Positions 9,403 through 18,739 of a stretch of 52,166 bases of DNA are shown one piece after another (the first letter of the stretch is position 1; the number at the start of each line of letters is the position of its first letter). The notes beneath the pieces are model-generated. The model did no database searches. It worked only from the letters and a program-made list of their open reading frames with translations, and was not told the DNA's origin. The DNA comes from an uncultured delta proteobacterium (GTDB taxonomy: Bacteria > Myxococcota > Myxococcia > Myxococcales > Myxococcaceae). Where the stretch lies: assembly GCA_963771175.1 (NCBI GenBank), contig CAVYSY010000049.1:1-52166 (forward strand). Direction: 5' to 3'. Made by a program: the position numbers and the translations under genes.

Positions 9403-9421
9403 TTCCCTGACACCTTCCCTG

Positions 9422-9715
9422 GGGCTCTACACGCCCGAGATGCTGGCCGCGATCCTGCGAGACTGGTTGCTCCAATTCCCCGACAGGGTGCTCTTCGGGA
9501 CCGATGCCGCGTCTTTCGGGCCGGACGTCGGCTGGGAGCTGGCCGCCTGGATCGGAACGACCCAGGCGCGGACCGCGCTGGCGATCGCCCTCGGCAACAT
9601 GATGCGCAGCGGAGAGGTGAGCCGCACCCGCGCCGAGGAGCTCGCGACGATGGTGATGCGCACGAATTCCGGGGTGCTCTACGGCCTGTCCCTTGGCACC
9701 GAGGGGGGGCTGTAG
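9422..9715 (+). pseudogene. C-terminal fragment of an amidohydrolase-family protein
   Basis: FPDRVLFGTDA..AEELATMVMRTNSGVLYGL is typical of an amidohydrolase end; N-terminal part absent, reading begins right after arm B. Confidence 0.65.
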
Positions 9716-9774
9716 GCGGCGGGTGTCGAGCCCGCCGCGCCCAGCCTCGACACCCGTGGCGGCCCGATCGCTTC

Positions 9775-11793
9775 TCAGCCCGCGGACTTGCGGCGGCGCG
9801 CGCCCAGCATCGCCAGGGCCGCCAGGAGCACCCCACCGAGGGCCTCACTGGAAGAGGACGCTCCGCAGGCGCAGCCGCGCCGGGCGTACTGCCGGCTCAC
9901 CGAGACGGTGAACATGCAGCGCGAGGTGTTGCCGGCTGCATCGGTGGCGGTGACGACGACCGGAGTGTTGCCCACCACGAAGTCGCTGCCAGACGGAGGG
10001 TTGTAGGTCAACGCCGGCGGGGAGATGGAGTCGGTGGCCGTCGCCGGCGGGTATTCGACGGTGGCGCCCAAATGGTTCGTCCTCCAGGACTCCTGGTCCA
10101 GCGGGCAGGTGATCGACGGCGGCTGGGTGTCCCGCACCTTCACGGTGAAGGTGCACTGCGAGCTGTTTCCGGACTCATCGGTCGCCGTGACGGTGACCGG
10201 GGTCGGGCCGAGCGGGAAGGTGCCGCCCGTGGAGTGGCTGTAGCTCAGGGTCACCGGCCCGGGCTTGTTGTCACTCGCCGTGGCGGCCGGATAGGTCACG
10301 CTCACACCAGCCGGGGCCATCGCCTCGGAGGTCCTTTCAGAGGGGCAGGCGAGCTCCGGCGGAGTGCAGTCGTTCAGCGACCAGGGCTCGGCGCCGGCGG
10401 TGCTGTCTCCGGCGATGAAGAAGACGCGCGGGCCCACGGGGGTGAGCAGGGAGGGCGCCAGGGAGCCGGTGCCCGGGACGGCGTCGTGGAGCAGCATCGT
10501 CCCTTCCTGGGTGCCATCGCTCGACCAGAGCTCCCGGCCGTGCTCCGCCGTCTCGGCGCTGAACAGCACCGTGCCGTCCACCACCGTCAGCCAGTAGGGG
10601 GCCGAGCCATCGCTCCCGGGACGGATGTCCTCGACGAGCACCGTGCCGGTGACCGTCCCATCACTGCGCCACAGCTCGAAGCCGCTCGCGTCATCCCACG
10701 CGGAGAAGAGGAGCTGCCCGTCCAGGTCCGTCAGGAAGCGGGCGTTGGCCGAGGGCTTGACGAGGAGCGTGCCCTTGTCGGTGCCGTCACTGCGCCACAG
10801 GGAGCCGTCCGCTCCCGCGAGGAAGTAGATCAGCCCTCCCACGGGCACCATCTTCCCTGGGCCCGCCGCGTAGTCCGAGGCGCTCAGGCCCAGCGGGGTG
10901 ACTCGGACCGTCCCCGGACCCGTCCCGTCGCTCTTCCAGAGGTCCCACCGCTTCGCATAGTCGGACCCGGCGAAGAAGTAGAGCCGATCTCCCAGGGTCA
11001 ACAGGCCCTGGATGAGCTGCTCGCCGGGATCGCTCTCGATGACGCGGATGACCGCGACGCGCTCGGTGCCCGCCTGGGTGCCATCGCTCTTCCAGAGCTC
11101 GGTCTCGTGGGGCCCGCCGTCGGCGGCGAAGTAGAGCACGTCCTTCATCACGGCCAGCGAGCCGAGCCCCGCGCCCTGCGAGCCGGGGAGGAGATCCGCG
11201 ACCAGCGCGGTGCCGGACTCGGAGCCATCGCTCTTCCACAGCTCGGGGCCGTGGACGCCGTCGTCGGCGATGAAGAAGAGCGTCTGGCCCAGCGCCAGCA
11301 GCGAGGACGCCGCCGAGCCCTCGAGGCCAGGCCGGATGTCCCGGACGAGCAAGGTGCCTTCGGCCGTGCCATCCGTCTTCCACAGCTCGCGGCCGTGGGC
11401 GCCGTCATCGGCGATGAAGAAGAGTGTGTTGCCGATGGTGGTGAGGGACCGAGGATCCGAATCCCTGGCGCCTGGGAAGATGTCCTTCACCAGGGCCGTA
11501 TCACCCTCCCTGCCACGGCTCCGCCAGAGCTCGAGGCCGGTCGTTCCATCCCTGGCGGTGAAGAAGACTGTCTTGCCGCTGACGGCCGGCGGTTGGACGT
11601 CATAGTCCGGGACCGAGCTGGCGGTGCCCGGGGCGATGTTCTTGATGAGGGTGATGGGCTGACAAGTGGCGGACGCCGCCTGGAGGGCCTGGGGAGAGGT
11701 CGTGTCCAGTGCGTCCGCTGTGTGCGAGGCCAGGGCTCCAGCCAGCACACAGACGGAGAGCAGCGAAGACACTCCGGTTCGATACCGACGCAT
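9775..11793 (-). CDS. ELWxxDGT-repeat surface protein with two HYR domains and MYXO-CTERM-like tail
   Basis: Repeated ELWKSDGT; DxxPPxITCP..VTATDxxGNxSxCxFTV twice; GCACG + hydrophobic stretch + RRRK. Confidence 0.9.
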   Translation of the reverse strand: MRRYRTGVSSLLSVCVLAGALASHTADALDTTSPQALQAASATCQPITLIKNIAPGTASSVPDYDVQPPAVSGKTVFFTARDGTTGLELWRSRGREGDTALVKDIFPGARDSDPRSLTTIGNTLFFIADDGAHGRELWKTDGTAEGTLLVRDIRPGLEGSAASSLLALGQTLFFIADDGVHGPELWKSDGSESGTALVADLLPGSQGAGLGSLAVMKDVLYFAADGGPHETELWKSDGTQAGTERVAVIRVIESDPGEQLIQGLLTLGDRLYFFAGSDYAKRWDLWKSDGTGPGTVRVTPLGLSASDYAAGPGKMVPVGGLIYFLAGADGSLWRSDGTDKGTLLVKPSANARFLTDLDGQLLFSAWDDASGFELWRSDGTVTGTVLVEDIRPGSDGSAPYWLTVVDGTVLFSAETAEHGRELWSSDGTQEGTMLLHDAVPGTGSLAPSLLTPVGPRVFFIAGDSTAGAEPWSLNDCTPPELACPSERTSEAMAPAGVSVTYPAATASDNKPGPVTLSYSHSTGGTFPLGPTPVTVTATDESGNSSQCTFTVKVRDTQPPSITCPLDQESWRTNHLGATVEYPPATATDSISPPALTYNPPSGSDFVVGNTPVVVTATDAAGNTSRCMFTVSVSRQYARRGCACGASSSSEALGGVLLAALAMLGARRRKSAG

Positions 11794-11911
11794 GTCCACC
11801 TTCCTATGGGATGCAGAGGGGGGACGTAGTCTGGGTATTCGGACTGGAGGAACAACTGGAGCCCCAGGGAGGGTTGAATTTCAGCTGCCGGACGCTCGCG
11901 GCCTCGGCCCG

Positions 11912-13903
11912 TCAGCCGAGCAGACCGAGCGCGGGCGCGGCATGCCTCTCCTGGTGGGCATTGGACTCACCCTGGAGCAGGACCACACCCACTACCGAGG
12001 CCAGCGCTTCCAGGAGGGGCAGGTGCAGCCAGCCCTGCAGGCGCAACTCCTGGAGAGCACGCGCGGCGCTGGCGGGCTCGGGCGTGGCGTGCTGAACCCG
12101 GAGGGTGAAGGCGATGGCCGCCGCCATGGCCTGGGCGGCGGGACGCGCCTGCTTGAGTGGGGGGAGTGCCTCGTGTCTCATCACGAGCGTCAGCACCTCG
12201 GCCACTTCAGGAGCAACGCCCGCCAGCAAGTCCTGCGAGGCCAGGCAGACGGCCAATGCCAGACCCTGGGCCGCGGCGGAGGCCACGCCGAGCTCCTTCG
12301 CATTGGCGCCGAGCTGTGCCGCCGTGCGCTGGGCGAGACGCACCAGCAAGGGGAGCAGGGCCGGGTCTTCTCCCAGCCGTGACAGCAGGCTCTTCATCGA
12401 CGGCTCCATCAGGGCCTGGGGCCGCTCCCGGGTGGCGCCCATCTCCGGCCCACTCCCTCCATAGAAGCGATGGATGGCGTGGCGGATGGCGCTCTCCGAG
12501 GCATGGAGCCCGCGCACCGTGCGCACCCCCGTGGCGAAGCGCAGCGCATCCAGCACCTCGAGGTTCCGTGGGTCCCTCATGGCGCAGCCCAGCTCCCGCC
12601 CCCCCTGCATGAACACCGGCACCACGCAAAACCGCTTGCAGAGCTCCTCCGGCAGGAGTTGCAGCAGCGCCCTGGGCACGGCCATGGTCCGCAGCTGCTC
12701 GTCCAGACGGGAGTGGGCGTCTCGGCGCCGCCGCATGGCCAGGGTCTCCTCCAGCATCCGGACCGCATGGGGCCGCCTCGCGACCAGGAGCTCGCCCCTC
12801 CGCGGGAGCAAGGGCACGGGAGCATGGCCACCGGGCACGGGCTGCTTTCGCGGGAGGAGGGGCCGCACGGAGGCGCGAGTCTCCGCTTCCTCGCAGACGT
12901 CGACCATGAGGCTGAAGGGCTCCTCGGGAAGGACCGGTGGCGCGTGGTTCTTCAAGCAGACGAGTGCGTCGCTGGGCTCGGGCGTGCCCTGCAGCGGCGA
13001 GCTCCACCGGGGAAAGCACTGGGCGAAGACTCGGGCCATGTCGACGGGGCCGGGGCTCATCCCGCTGTCCTCGAGGAAGGTGCCCAGCTCGTCCGCGAGC
13101 TCTCGTGCCGAGCCCATGCGGGCAAGCCGGGAGGCGGCCAGCGCCCGCTGCAGCACCCTCCACAGGGGTCGGGGAATCCACGGAATGGGTTCCAGGCACC
13201 GCTCATCGAACCGAGTAATCTGTTGCAGCAGTTGTAGGTCGGTGCCGTGGAAGAGGTGTCGCCCGGTGAGCAGCTCGTACAACAGCAAGCCCAGAAGGAA
13301 GACATCACAGCGTTGATCCAACCGCTCTCCGCGTGCCTGTTCGGGTGACAGGTACTGCAGCTTGCCCTTGATGATGCCGGCCTGGGTGTCGCGGGAGCCA
13401 TCGGCCACCTTGGCGATGCCGAAGTCCACCAGCTTCACCTCTCCCGTGCACGACAGCAGCACGTTGGAGGGATTGATGTCGCGGTGGATGAGGCCCAGCG
13501 GCTCCCGCGAGGGGCCGCGCAGCGCGTGGGCGTAGGCCAGTCCCTCCGCCACCTGCCGCACCACGTAGCACGCCTCGGCCAGCCGCATCTTCTCGTGTCG
13601 CTGGAGATGCGCCCGCTGCACCGCGTTCAGGTTCTCCCCTTCCACGAACTCCATCACCGTATAGAGCCGCTCCTGGCTGACTCCAGCATCCAGCACCGGC
13701 ACCACGTTGGGGTGTCGAAAGCCCTGGCACACCCGCGCTTCGCGCAGGAACTGCTCCACCTGGTGCTCATCCCGCGCGTACATCGGAAGCAAGCGTTTGA
13801 GGGCCACCCTCCGTCCCGGACCCTCCGGCCTCCACTCCTGGCCCAGGAACACCTCCGACATTCCGCCTGTCGCGAGCTTCTTGATGATGCGGTAGTTACC
13901 CAT
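11912..13903 (-). CDS. Ser/Thr protein kinase with a T2SSE_N/MshEN-like domain
   Basis: LATGGMSEV, VALK, HRDINPSN, DFG, YLSPEQ; LLPEELCKRFCVVPV..AMRDPRNLEVLDALRFATG. Confidence 0.9.
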   Translation of the reverse strand: MGNYRIIKKLATGGMSEVFLGQEWRPEGPGRRVALKRLLPMYARDEHQVEQFLREARVCQGFRHPNVVPVLDAGVSQERLYTVMEFVEGENLNAVQRAHLQRHEKMRLAEACYVVRQVAEGLAYAHALRGPSREPLGLIHRDINPSNVLLSCTGEVKLVDFGIAKVADGSRDTQAGIIKGKLQYLSPEQARGERLDQRCDVFLLGLLLYELLTGRHLFHGTDLQLLQQITRFDERCLEPIPWIPRPLWRVLQRALAASRLARMGSARELADELGTFLEDSGMSPGPVDMARVFAQCFPRWSSPLQGTPEPSDALVCLKNHAPPVLPEEPFSLMVDVCEEAETRASVRPLLPRKQPVPGGHAPVPLLPRRGELLVARRPHAVRMLEETLAMRRRRDAHSRLDEQLRTMAVPRALLQLLPEELCKRFCVVPVFMQGGRELGCAMRDPRNLEVLDALRFATGVRTVRGLHASESAIRHAIHRFYGGSGPEMGATRERPQALMEPSMKSLLSRLGEDPALLPLLVRLAQRTAAQLGANAKELGVASAAAQGLALAVCLASQDLLAGVAPEVAEVLTLVMRHEALPPLKQARPAAQAMAAAIAFTLRVQHATPEPASAARALQELRLQGWLHLPLLEALASVVGVVLLQGESNAHQERHAAPALGLLG

Positions 13904-14093
13904 GACGCAGTCCCTTCAACGGAGGTCGTCTCTCGCGGGCGCCTCCCGTGTCTGCCGCCCCCCCGCGTCACCACCAGTTCCGAGCTTTTCCGTTTGGGAA
14001 GACATTTCGTCCTTCCTTCATCAACCTATGAACGAGGGGACGCCTGTCAGCCCTCCCTCGAGTGCAGGGGGACTGCGAAGAAGTGGATAGGAC

Positions 14094-14783
14094 TCACCGG
14101 GTGGAGAGGAGCCGGTACAGGCTCAGGAACAGCACGCTGCCTCCAGCGGCCACGTAGAACCGGCGTGCCCAGGGCCCTCCGCTGTCCGTCCCGCTGAACA
14201 GGCCGTGCACCAGCGCGAGCACGAACACCGCGAAGCTGGCGAAGTGGATGAGCCTCCAGGTCCGGTGGCCAATCTCCCCGCGCAGGTGGAAGCTGAACGC
14301 CACCAGCACCATCACATAGAGGCCCACCTGTCCCAGGCCCACCCAGAGGGGCTGGTAGCCGGTGCTGGCGAACGGAAGCAGCAGCCGCGCCAGCGTGAAG
14401 TCGATGTACCCGTCCCCCAGCAGGATGAAGGCGTGGAAGAGCGCGAAGACGAGCCCCAACAGGCTCGTGTACTGGTGCAGCTCGAACGCCGCCGGGCCGC
14501 CGGGCCACACGCGCGCCAGCTTGTTCGTCATCAGCAGGCCGAGCACCATCGAGCACCACATGAGCCCCAGGGCCACGAAGGCGCTGGCTCGCGAGAGGTA
14601 CCAGAAGGCCCTCGGCTCCGGGCCGGTGAGCGAGGCGCTGAGCCCGGGCACCCACGTGGGCAGCACCAGGAACGCCGCCCCCGTGCCCAGGCCGAGGGCG
14701 GCGAGCAGCCACAAGAGACTGGAGAACGGAAGGGGCGGTGGAAGCTCCTGCCCCGCGGGCACCGGGTGTCGCTGGGTGTTCAT
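14094..14783 (-). CDS. Ferric reductase-like (MsrQ-type) heme-binding membrane protein
   Basis: WYLSRASA, FELHQY..LFHAFILLGD, WRLIHFASF..LVHGLFSGTD; ATGA overlap with apbE. Confidence 0.85.
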   Translation of the reverse strand: MNTQRHPVPAGQELPPPLPFSSLLWLLAALGLGTGAAFLVLPTWVPGLSASLTGPEPRAFWYLSRASAFVALGLMWCSMVLGLLMTNKLARVWPGGPAAFELHQYTSLLGLVFALFHAFILLGDGYIDFTLARLLLPFASTGYQPLWVGLGQVGLYVMVLVAFSFHLRGEIGHRTWRLIHFASFAVFVLALVHGLFSGTDSGGPWARRFYVAAGGSVLFLSLYRLLSTR

Positions 14784-15718
14784 GGTTCCTCCCACAGAAA
14801 ATGTCCGAGCCGGCGGCTGCGCAGCACCGTGCCGTCCTCGAGCACCAGCAGCCCCGCCAGCTCGGGTCGGGACTCCAGCCAGGCCAGGCCCTCGCGCGAG
14901 CCCCGGAGCAGGACCCCCTTGGCGGCGACCTCGGCCTGGAGCGCGGAGCCGGCGATGACGGTGGCGGCGAGCACGTCCGTCCTCCCCGGCTGTCCGGTGC
15001 GTGGGTCGATGAGGTGATGCCGCCACCGTCCGCCCTGGCGCCAGCGGCGGAAGTCCCTCCCCGAGGTGGCCACTCCTCCCGCCTCGAGCAGCAGCAACGC
15101 GAGCTCGCGCTCCGGATGCAGCGGGTCCGCCACGCCGATGGCCCAGGGCCGCCCATCGCGGCGCGGGCCACTCACCGCCACGTCTCCTCCCGCGTCGACC
15201 AGCGCGGGGCCCTCCTCCGACAGCCACTTCGCCGCGGCATCCGCCGCGCCTCCCTTCGCCGTGCCGCCCAGGTCGAGCCCCACTCCGGGAGGCAGCAGGA
15301 GCGAGCGCGTCGGCTCGTCCCTCCCCACCTCCCGCCAGTCCGGGCAGCGGCGAGCCCCCGCGGCTTCCGCGTCGCCGCTCTCCGGGCCCTCCCCGTGCGC
15401 CAGTTGCTCGAAGGTCCGGTCGTAGCCCGCCCGCTCGAGCGCCTCGAGCACCGTCGGAGTCACCAGCCCCTCGCTCCAGCGAGCCGCCTCCAGCGCCGCG
15501 CCGACGGCGTCCCACAGCACCGGGCTGGCGGGGAACGGACGGCCCGAGGCTCGGTTGAGCCGGCTCAGCTCGCTGTCCGGAAGGAAGCGGCTCAGCCGCG
15601 ACTCCCGCTCGTGGAACCACTCCGGCAGCGACTCCAGCCGCCGGGCGGTGGCCACCGGCTCCGCGTCGAGGGCCCCGAGGATGTCACTGCCCATGGCTCG
15701 GAAACGGAGCTGACGCAT
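14780..15718 (-). CDS. apbE: FAD:protein FMN transferase
   Basis: FRAMGS, LSRFLPDSELSRLN, LDLGGTAKG, VDAGGD, VATSG, HHLIDPRTGQP. Confidence 0.92.
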   Translation of the reverse strand: MRQLRFRAMGSDILGALDAEPVATARRLESLPEWFHERESRLSRFLPDSELSRLNRASGRPFPASPVLWDAVGAALEAARWSEGLVTPTVLEALERAGYDRTFEQLAHGEGPESGDAEAAGARRCPDWREVGRDEPTRSLLLPPGVGLDLGGTAKGGAADAAAKWLSEEGPALVDAGGDVAVSGPRRDGRPWAIGVADPLHPERELALLLLEAGGVATSGRDFRRWRQGGRWRHHLIDPRTGQPGRTDVLAATVIAGSALQAEVAAKGVLLRGSREGLAWLESRPELAGLLVLEDGTVLRSRRLGHFLWEEP

Positions 15719-15728
15719 GGCCCTCTCC

Positions 15729-16004
15729 TCAACGCGACGAGCGCGTGACCGTCACCGCGCGGGGACGCCGCACGGTCCGCACGAAGCGCACGCCAGGGGG
15801 CGGTGGTGGTGGCGCACCGGCGGCTGGCGCGGACATGGCACCGGTGGACGCCGGACGCGCCTCGGTGGGAGGCAGCCCACGCTCCTCCCCGAGGGTCAGC
15901 CAGGCCCAGCCACCCACCATGGCCGCCACGGAGGCCGCGGTGAGCAGCACCTTCATCTCCAGGAACGAGCGGCTCGGCGAGCGCGCGGGGGTGGCTGGCT
16001 TCAT
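15729..16004 (-). CDS. Small membrane-anchored protein ending VTVTRSSR
   Basis: One TM helix, Pro-rich linker, operonic with apbE. Confidence 0.65.
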   Translation of the reverse strand: MKPATPARSPSRSFLEMKVLLTAASVAAMVGGWAWLTLGEERGLPPTEARPASTGAMSAPAAGAPPPPPPGVRFVRTVRRPRAVTVTRSSR

Positions 16005-16015
16005 CGGAAGTCTCC

Positions 16016-16522
16016 TCAGACGTCTTCGTGGTACTCGTGGCGCTCGGAGGCGTGCTCGCGGCGCGGTCGGTCGCGGGAATGCTTCTCGTGCTCGTGCTCC
16101 TCGTGCTCGTCGTCCTCGTCATCGTCCTCCCACCGGCGCTGCGAGCCCCCGGTGCGGCGCGTACCGTCCTGGAGCAGCCGGCCACTGTTCGCGTCGAGGT
16201 AGACGTGGCCCCGGTTCAGGCGGACCTCGTAGGCGAGCGTCCCCTCGAGGGAGACCAGCTCCGGCGCGCCAGCGGGGCTCGCGCCGGGAACGAAGCTCGA
16301 GGCGATGGCCACGGCCTGCTCCGGTGTCAGCGCTGGAGCGGCGGGCCGGGGTGGCTCCCGCTCGTTCGTTGGAGCGGGCCGGGCCTCCTGGGTGGAGGGA
16401 GGAGGAGTGGCCTCGGACACAGGGGCGTTGGCGGGCAGGACGCGGGCCACCACTCCACCGATGAGGACCAGGATGAACGCCGTCAGGATGACAGACAGGA
16501 TGAGTGCACCACGCTTCGACAT
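16016..16522 (-). CDS. PepSY-domain protein with acidic/His-rich tail
   Basis: LTPEQAVAIA..ELVSLEGTLAYEVRL..VYLDANSGRLL; EDDDEDDEHEEHEHE. Confidence 0.8.
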   Translation of the reverse strand: MSKRGALILSVILTAFILVLIGGVVARVLPANAPVSEATPPPSTQEARPAPTNEREPPRPAAPALTPEQAVAIASSFVPGASPAGAPELVSLEGTLAYEVRLNRGHVYLDANSGRLLQDGTRRTGGSQRRWEDDDEDDEHEEHEHEKHSRDRPRREHASERHEYHEDV

Positions 16523-16558
16523 GGGAGTCTCCTTGGGGTGGTTTTGGGGTGAAGGGAG

Positions 16559-17026
16559 TCAGGGCCGAGCGGTGGTGTAGGCGGAGGCGGCGCCGTGCGA
16601 GTACACCAGCGCCCCCCCCGAGTGGCCGGTCCACACCGCGAGCAGCGCCATGGCCACCGTGCCGGCCGTCACGCCGGTGGCGAGCACCCGCCGCGGCCCC
16701 TCCTTCTTCAGGACGAGCGCCCCGAGCGCGAGCGCCAGCACGGCCCCCGTCGTCCAGACGAAGGCTTCCGCCCGCTCCTCGTGCTGCTCGATGACCGACT
16801 CGGGGACCACACGCTCCACCACTTCTTCCTGTTGCTCGCCCGTCCCCATGGAGGCCATGCCGCCGCCCACGGTCAGGACCAGCAGGCCCACCAGTACGGC
16901 CCAGGCGCCGGGGGACCAGCGGCCGCGCAGCGCGGCGATGGTGAGCCCCAACGCCAGCAGGGGGAGGACGAAGGCGAGGCCCAGCGGCAGATGGACCAGG
17001 GCGGGATGTAGGGGAAGGTTCGACAT
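16559..17026 (-). CDS. DUF2231-like membrane protein
   Basis: LHPALVHLPLGL, IEQHEERAE, TGHSGGALVYSHG. Confidence 0.8.
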   Translation of the reverse strand: MSNLPLHPALVHLPLGLAFVLPLLALGLTIAALRGRWSPGAWAVLVGLLVLTVGGGMASMGTGEQQEEVVERVVPESVIEQHEERAEAFVWTTGAVLALALGALVLKKEGPRRVLATGVTAGTVAMALLAVWTGHSGGALVYSHGAASAYTTARP

Positions 17027-17197
17027 GGCGGTTCTCCTTTTGTTCGCTATCCAGGTAGCTCCGGGCGCCATGTCCCTCCATCCAGCAAACGACGCAGCCC
17101 AAAAAAGCCCAGGGATTCCGAGCCCTTGGAGCCCATGGTTGCGGCGGATGACGCAGGGGGCCGGACGTGTGGGGGCAGGTGGTCTGCCGGCGGCCAA

Positions 17198-17566
17198 GGT
17201 GTCAGACCCGGCCAAGGTGTCAGACGACTCGTAAGGGGCCCCCCCGGCCAGGGTGTCCGGCCAAGGTGTCAGACGACTCGTAAGGGGCCTCGGCCAGGGT
17301 GTCCCGGCCTCCGCCGGGGTGTCAGACGACTCGTAGGGGGCCCGGCCCGGCCGGCCCTGGCCAGGGTGTCCGGCCAGGGGGTCAGACGACTCGTACGGGG
17401 CTCGGCCAGGGTGTCAGACCGGCCAGACCGGACCGGCCAGACCGGCAGGGTGTCCGGCAGGGTGTCAGACGACTCGTAGGGGGCCGAGGTGTCCGGCCAG
17501 GGTGTCAGACGACTCGTAGGGGGCGAGGTGTCGGAACGAGTCCTTTGACACCTTCTCCGGACACCT
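17198..17566 (+). repeat. Stuttered cluster: about 6 arm A copies ending in a complete element (17501-17552)
   Basis: A at 17216, 17265, 17318, ~17378, 17461 and 17501, with CCGGCCAGGGTGTC fragments between. Confidence 0.95.
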
Positions 17567-17611
17567 TCCCGGCCCTCGGCAGCCACGCGCTGGCGGCGGC
17601 AGCCAGGGTCA

Positions 17612-18430
17612 GTGATCATGCAGGGCATGTCACAAGCCACGCCAATCCAGGCCCGTGGCCAGGCCACTCCGCTGCGTGGCCCCATCAGGCTGCTGCTGAG
17701 CCATGGCGAGGCGCTCAGCGAGCAGGAACTGCGGGAGATGTGGTGCTTCCGGATCGGCATCCTTCCGCTCAAGCCTCATGTGCCACCGGAGGAGGACTTC
17801 GCCCGCTTCTGCCGCTTGTGCCGTCGATGCACGAGCGTGGTGCGGCTGTGGAGTGCGGATGGGGTGCTGTGCGGAATCACCGTCATGTCCTTCCATGACG
17901 GCACCTTCGAGGGACAGCACTACAGGCTGCTCCTGCCAGAGTACGGTATCGTAGACGCGCGGCTGCGGGGCTCGCCGGTGGTGCCCTGGTTCTGTCTGCG
18001 CATCGTGCTGCACGCCCTGTGGCACATGCCGCCTCGGCAGCGCGGCGCCCGCATCTTCCTGGGGGGCATCGGCTACCCCACCAGTGCGTTGATGATCGAG
18101 CGCTTCTTGCCGCCGCTCTGGCTGTATGGCGATACAGAGGCCCCACCCCTCGCCACCCACCTGCTCGAGTGGATGCGCGAGCACCTGGCCGGTGAGCGCT
18201 GGGATCCGCGGGCGCGCCACGTCTCCATGCCTACGCTCCCCCGGACTCCCTCTGAGCGCTGGCTCGCGCGCCAGCAGGCCCGGCCCCTCTACCAGCGCTA
18301 TATGCGGCGCTGCCCGGACTGGACACAGGGCCGTGCCCTGCCACTGCTGGCTGCCATGACCTGGCGCATGCCATTGCAGGTGGCCCTGCACCTGCTGCGG
18401 CGGCGGTGGCGCGCACCGCAGTCCCCCTGA
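17612..18430 (+). CDS. Hypothetical protein (possibly GNAT-like fold)
   Basis: 272-aa ORF filling the inter-element segment; EYGIVDARLRG. Confidence 0.6.
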   Translation: MIMQGMSQATPIQARGQATPLRGPIRLLLSHGEALSEQELREMWCFRIGILPLKPHVPPEEDFARFCRLCRRCTSVVRLWSADGVLCGITVMSFHDGTFEGQHYRLLLPEYGIVDARLRGSPVVPWFCLRIVLHALWHMPPRQRGARIFLGGIGYPTSALMIERFLPPLWLYGDTEAPPLATHLLEWMREHLAGERWDPRARHVSMPTLPRTPSERWLARQQARPLYQRYMRRCPDWTQGRALPLLAAMTWRMPLQVALHLLRRRWRAPQSP

Positions 18431-18457
18431 ACGGATGGCTCCAGCTCCACCAGCCAG

Positions 18458-18509
18458 GGTGTCAGACGACTCGTAGGGGGCGAGGTGTCGGAACGAGTCC
18501 TTTGACACC
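18458..18509 (+). repeat. Complete element
   Basis: Consensus copy followed by GGACACCTTCCCGGG stutter to about 18545. Confidence 0.97.
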
Positions 18510-18739
18510 TTCCCGGGGGACACCTTCCCGGGGACACCTTCCCGGGCCTATGCGCCGGGCGTGCTGGCCGAGACAGTTGCCTGCACTGGCAGCCAGTATC
18601 GCGCGCACCCCGTTCCCGGTACTGCTCCCCGTGAATTCCAGCGGATGACAGGGCGAGGTCCTTGAAAGGCTTGGCGCCAGAAGCCGCCTGCGCCACTCCC
18701 TCGCCCCGCGCGCGGAGCGGCCGGAATGGAAGGTGGGAA

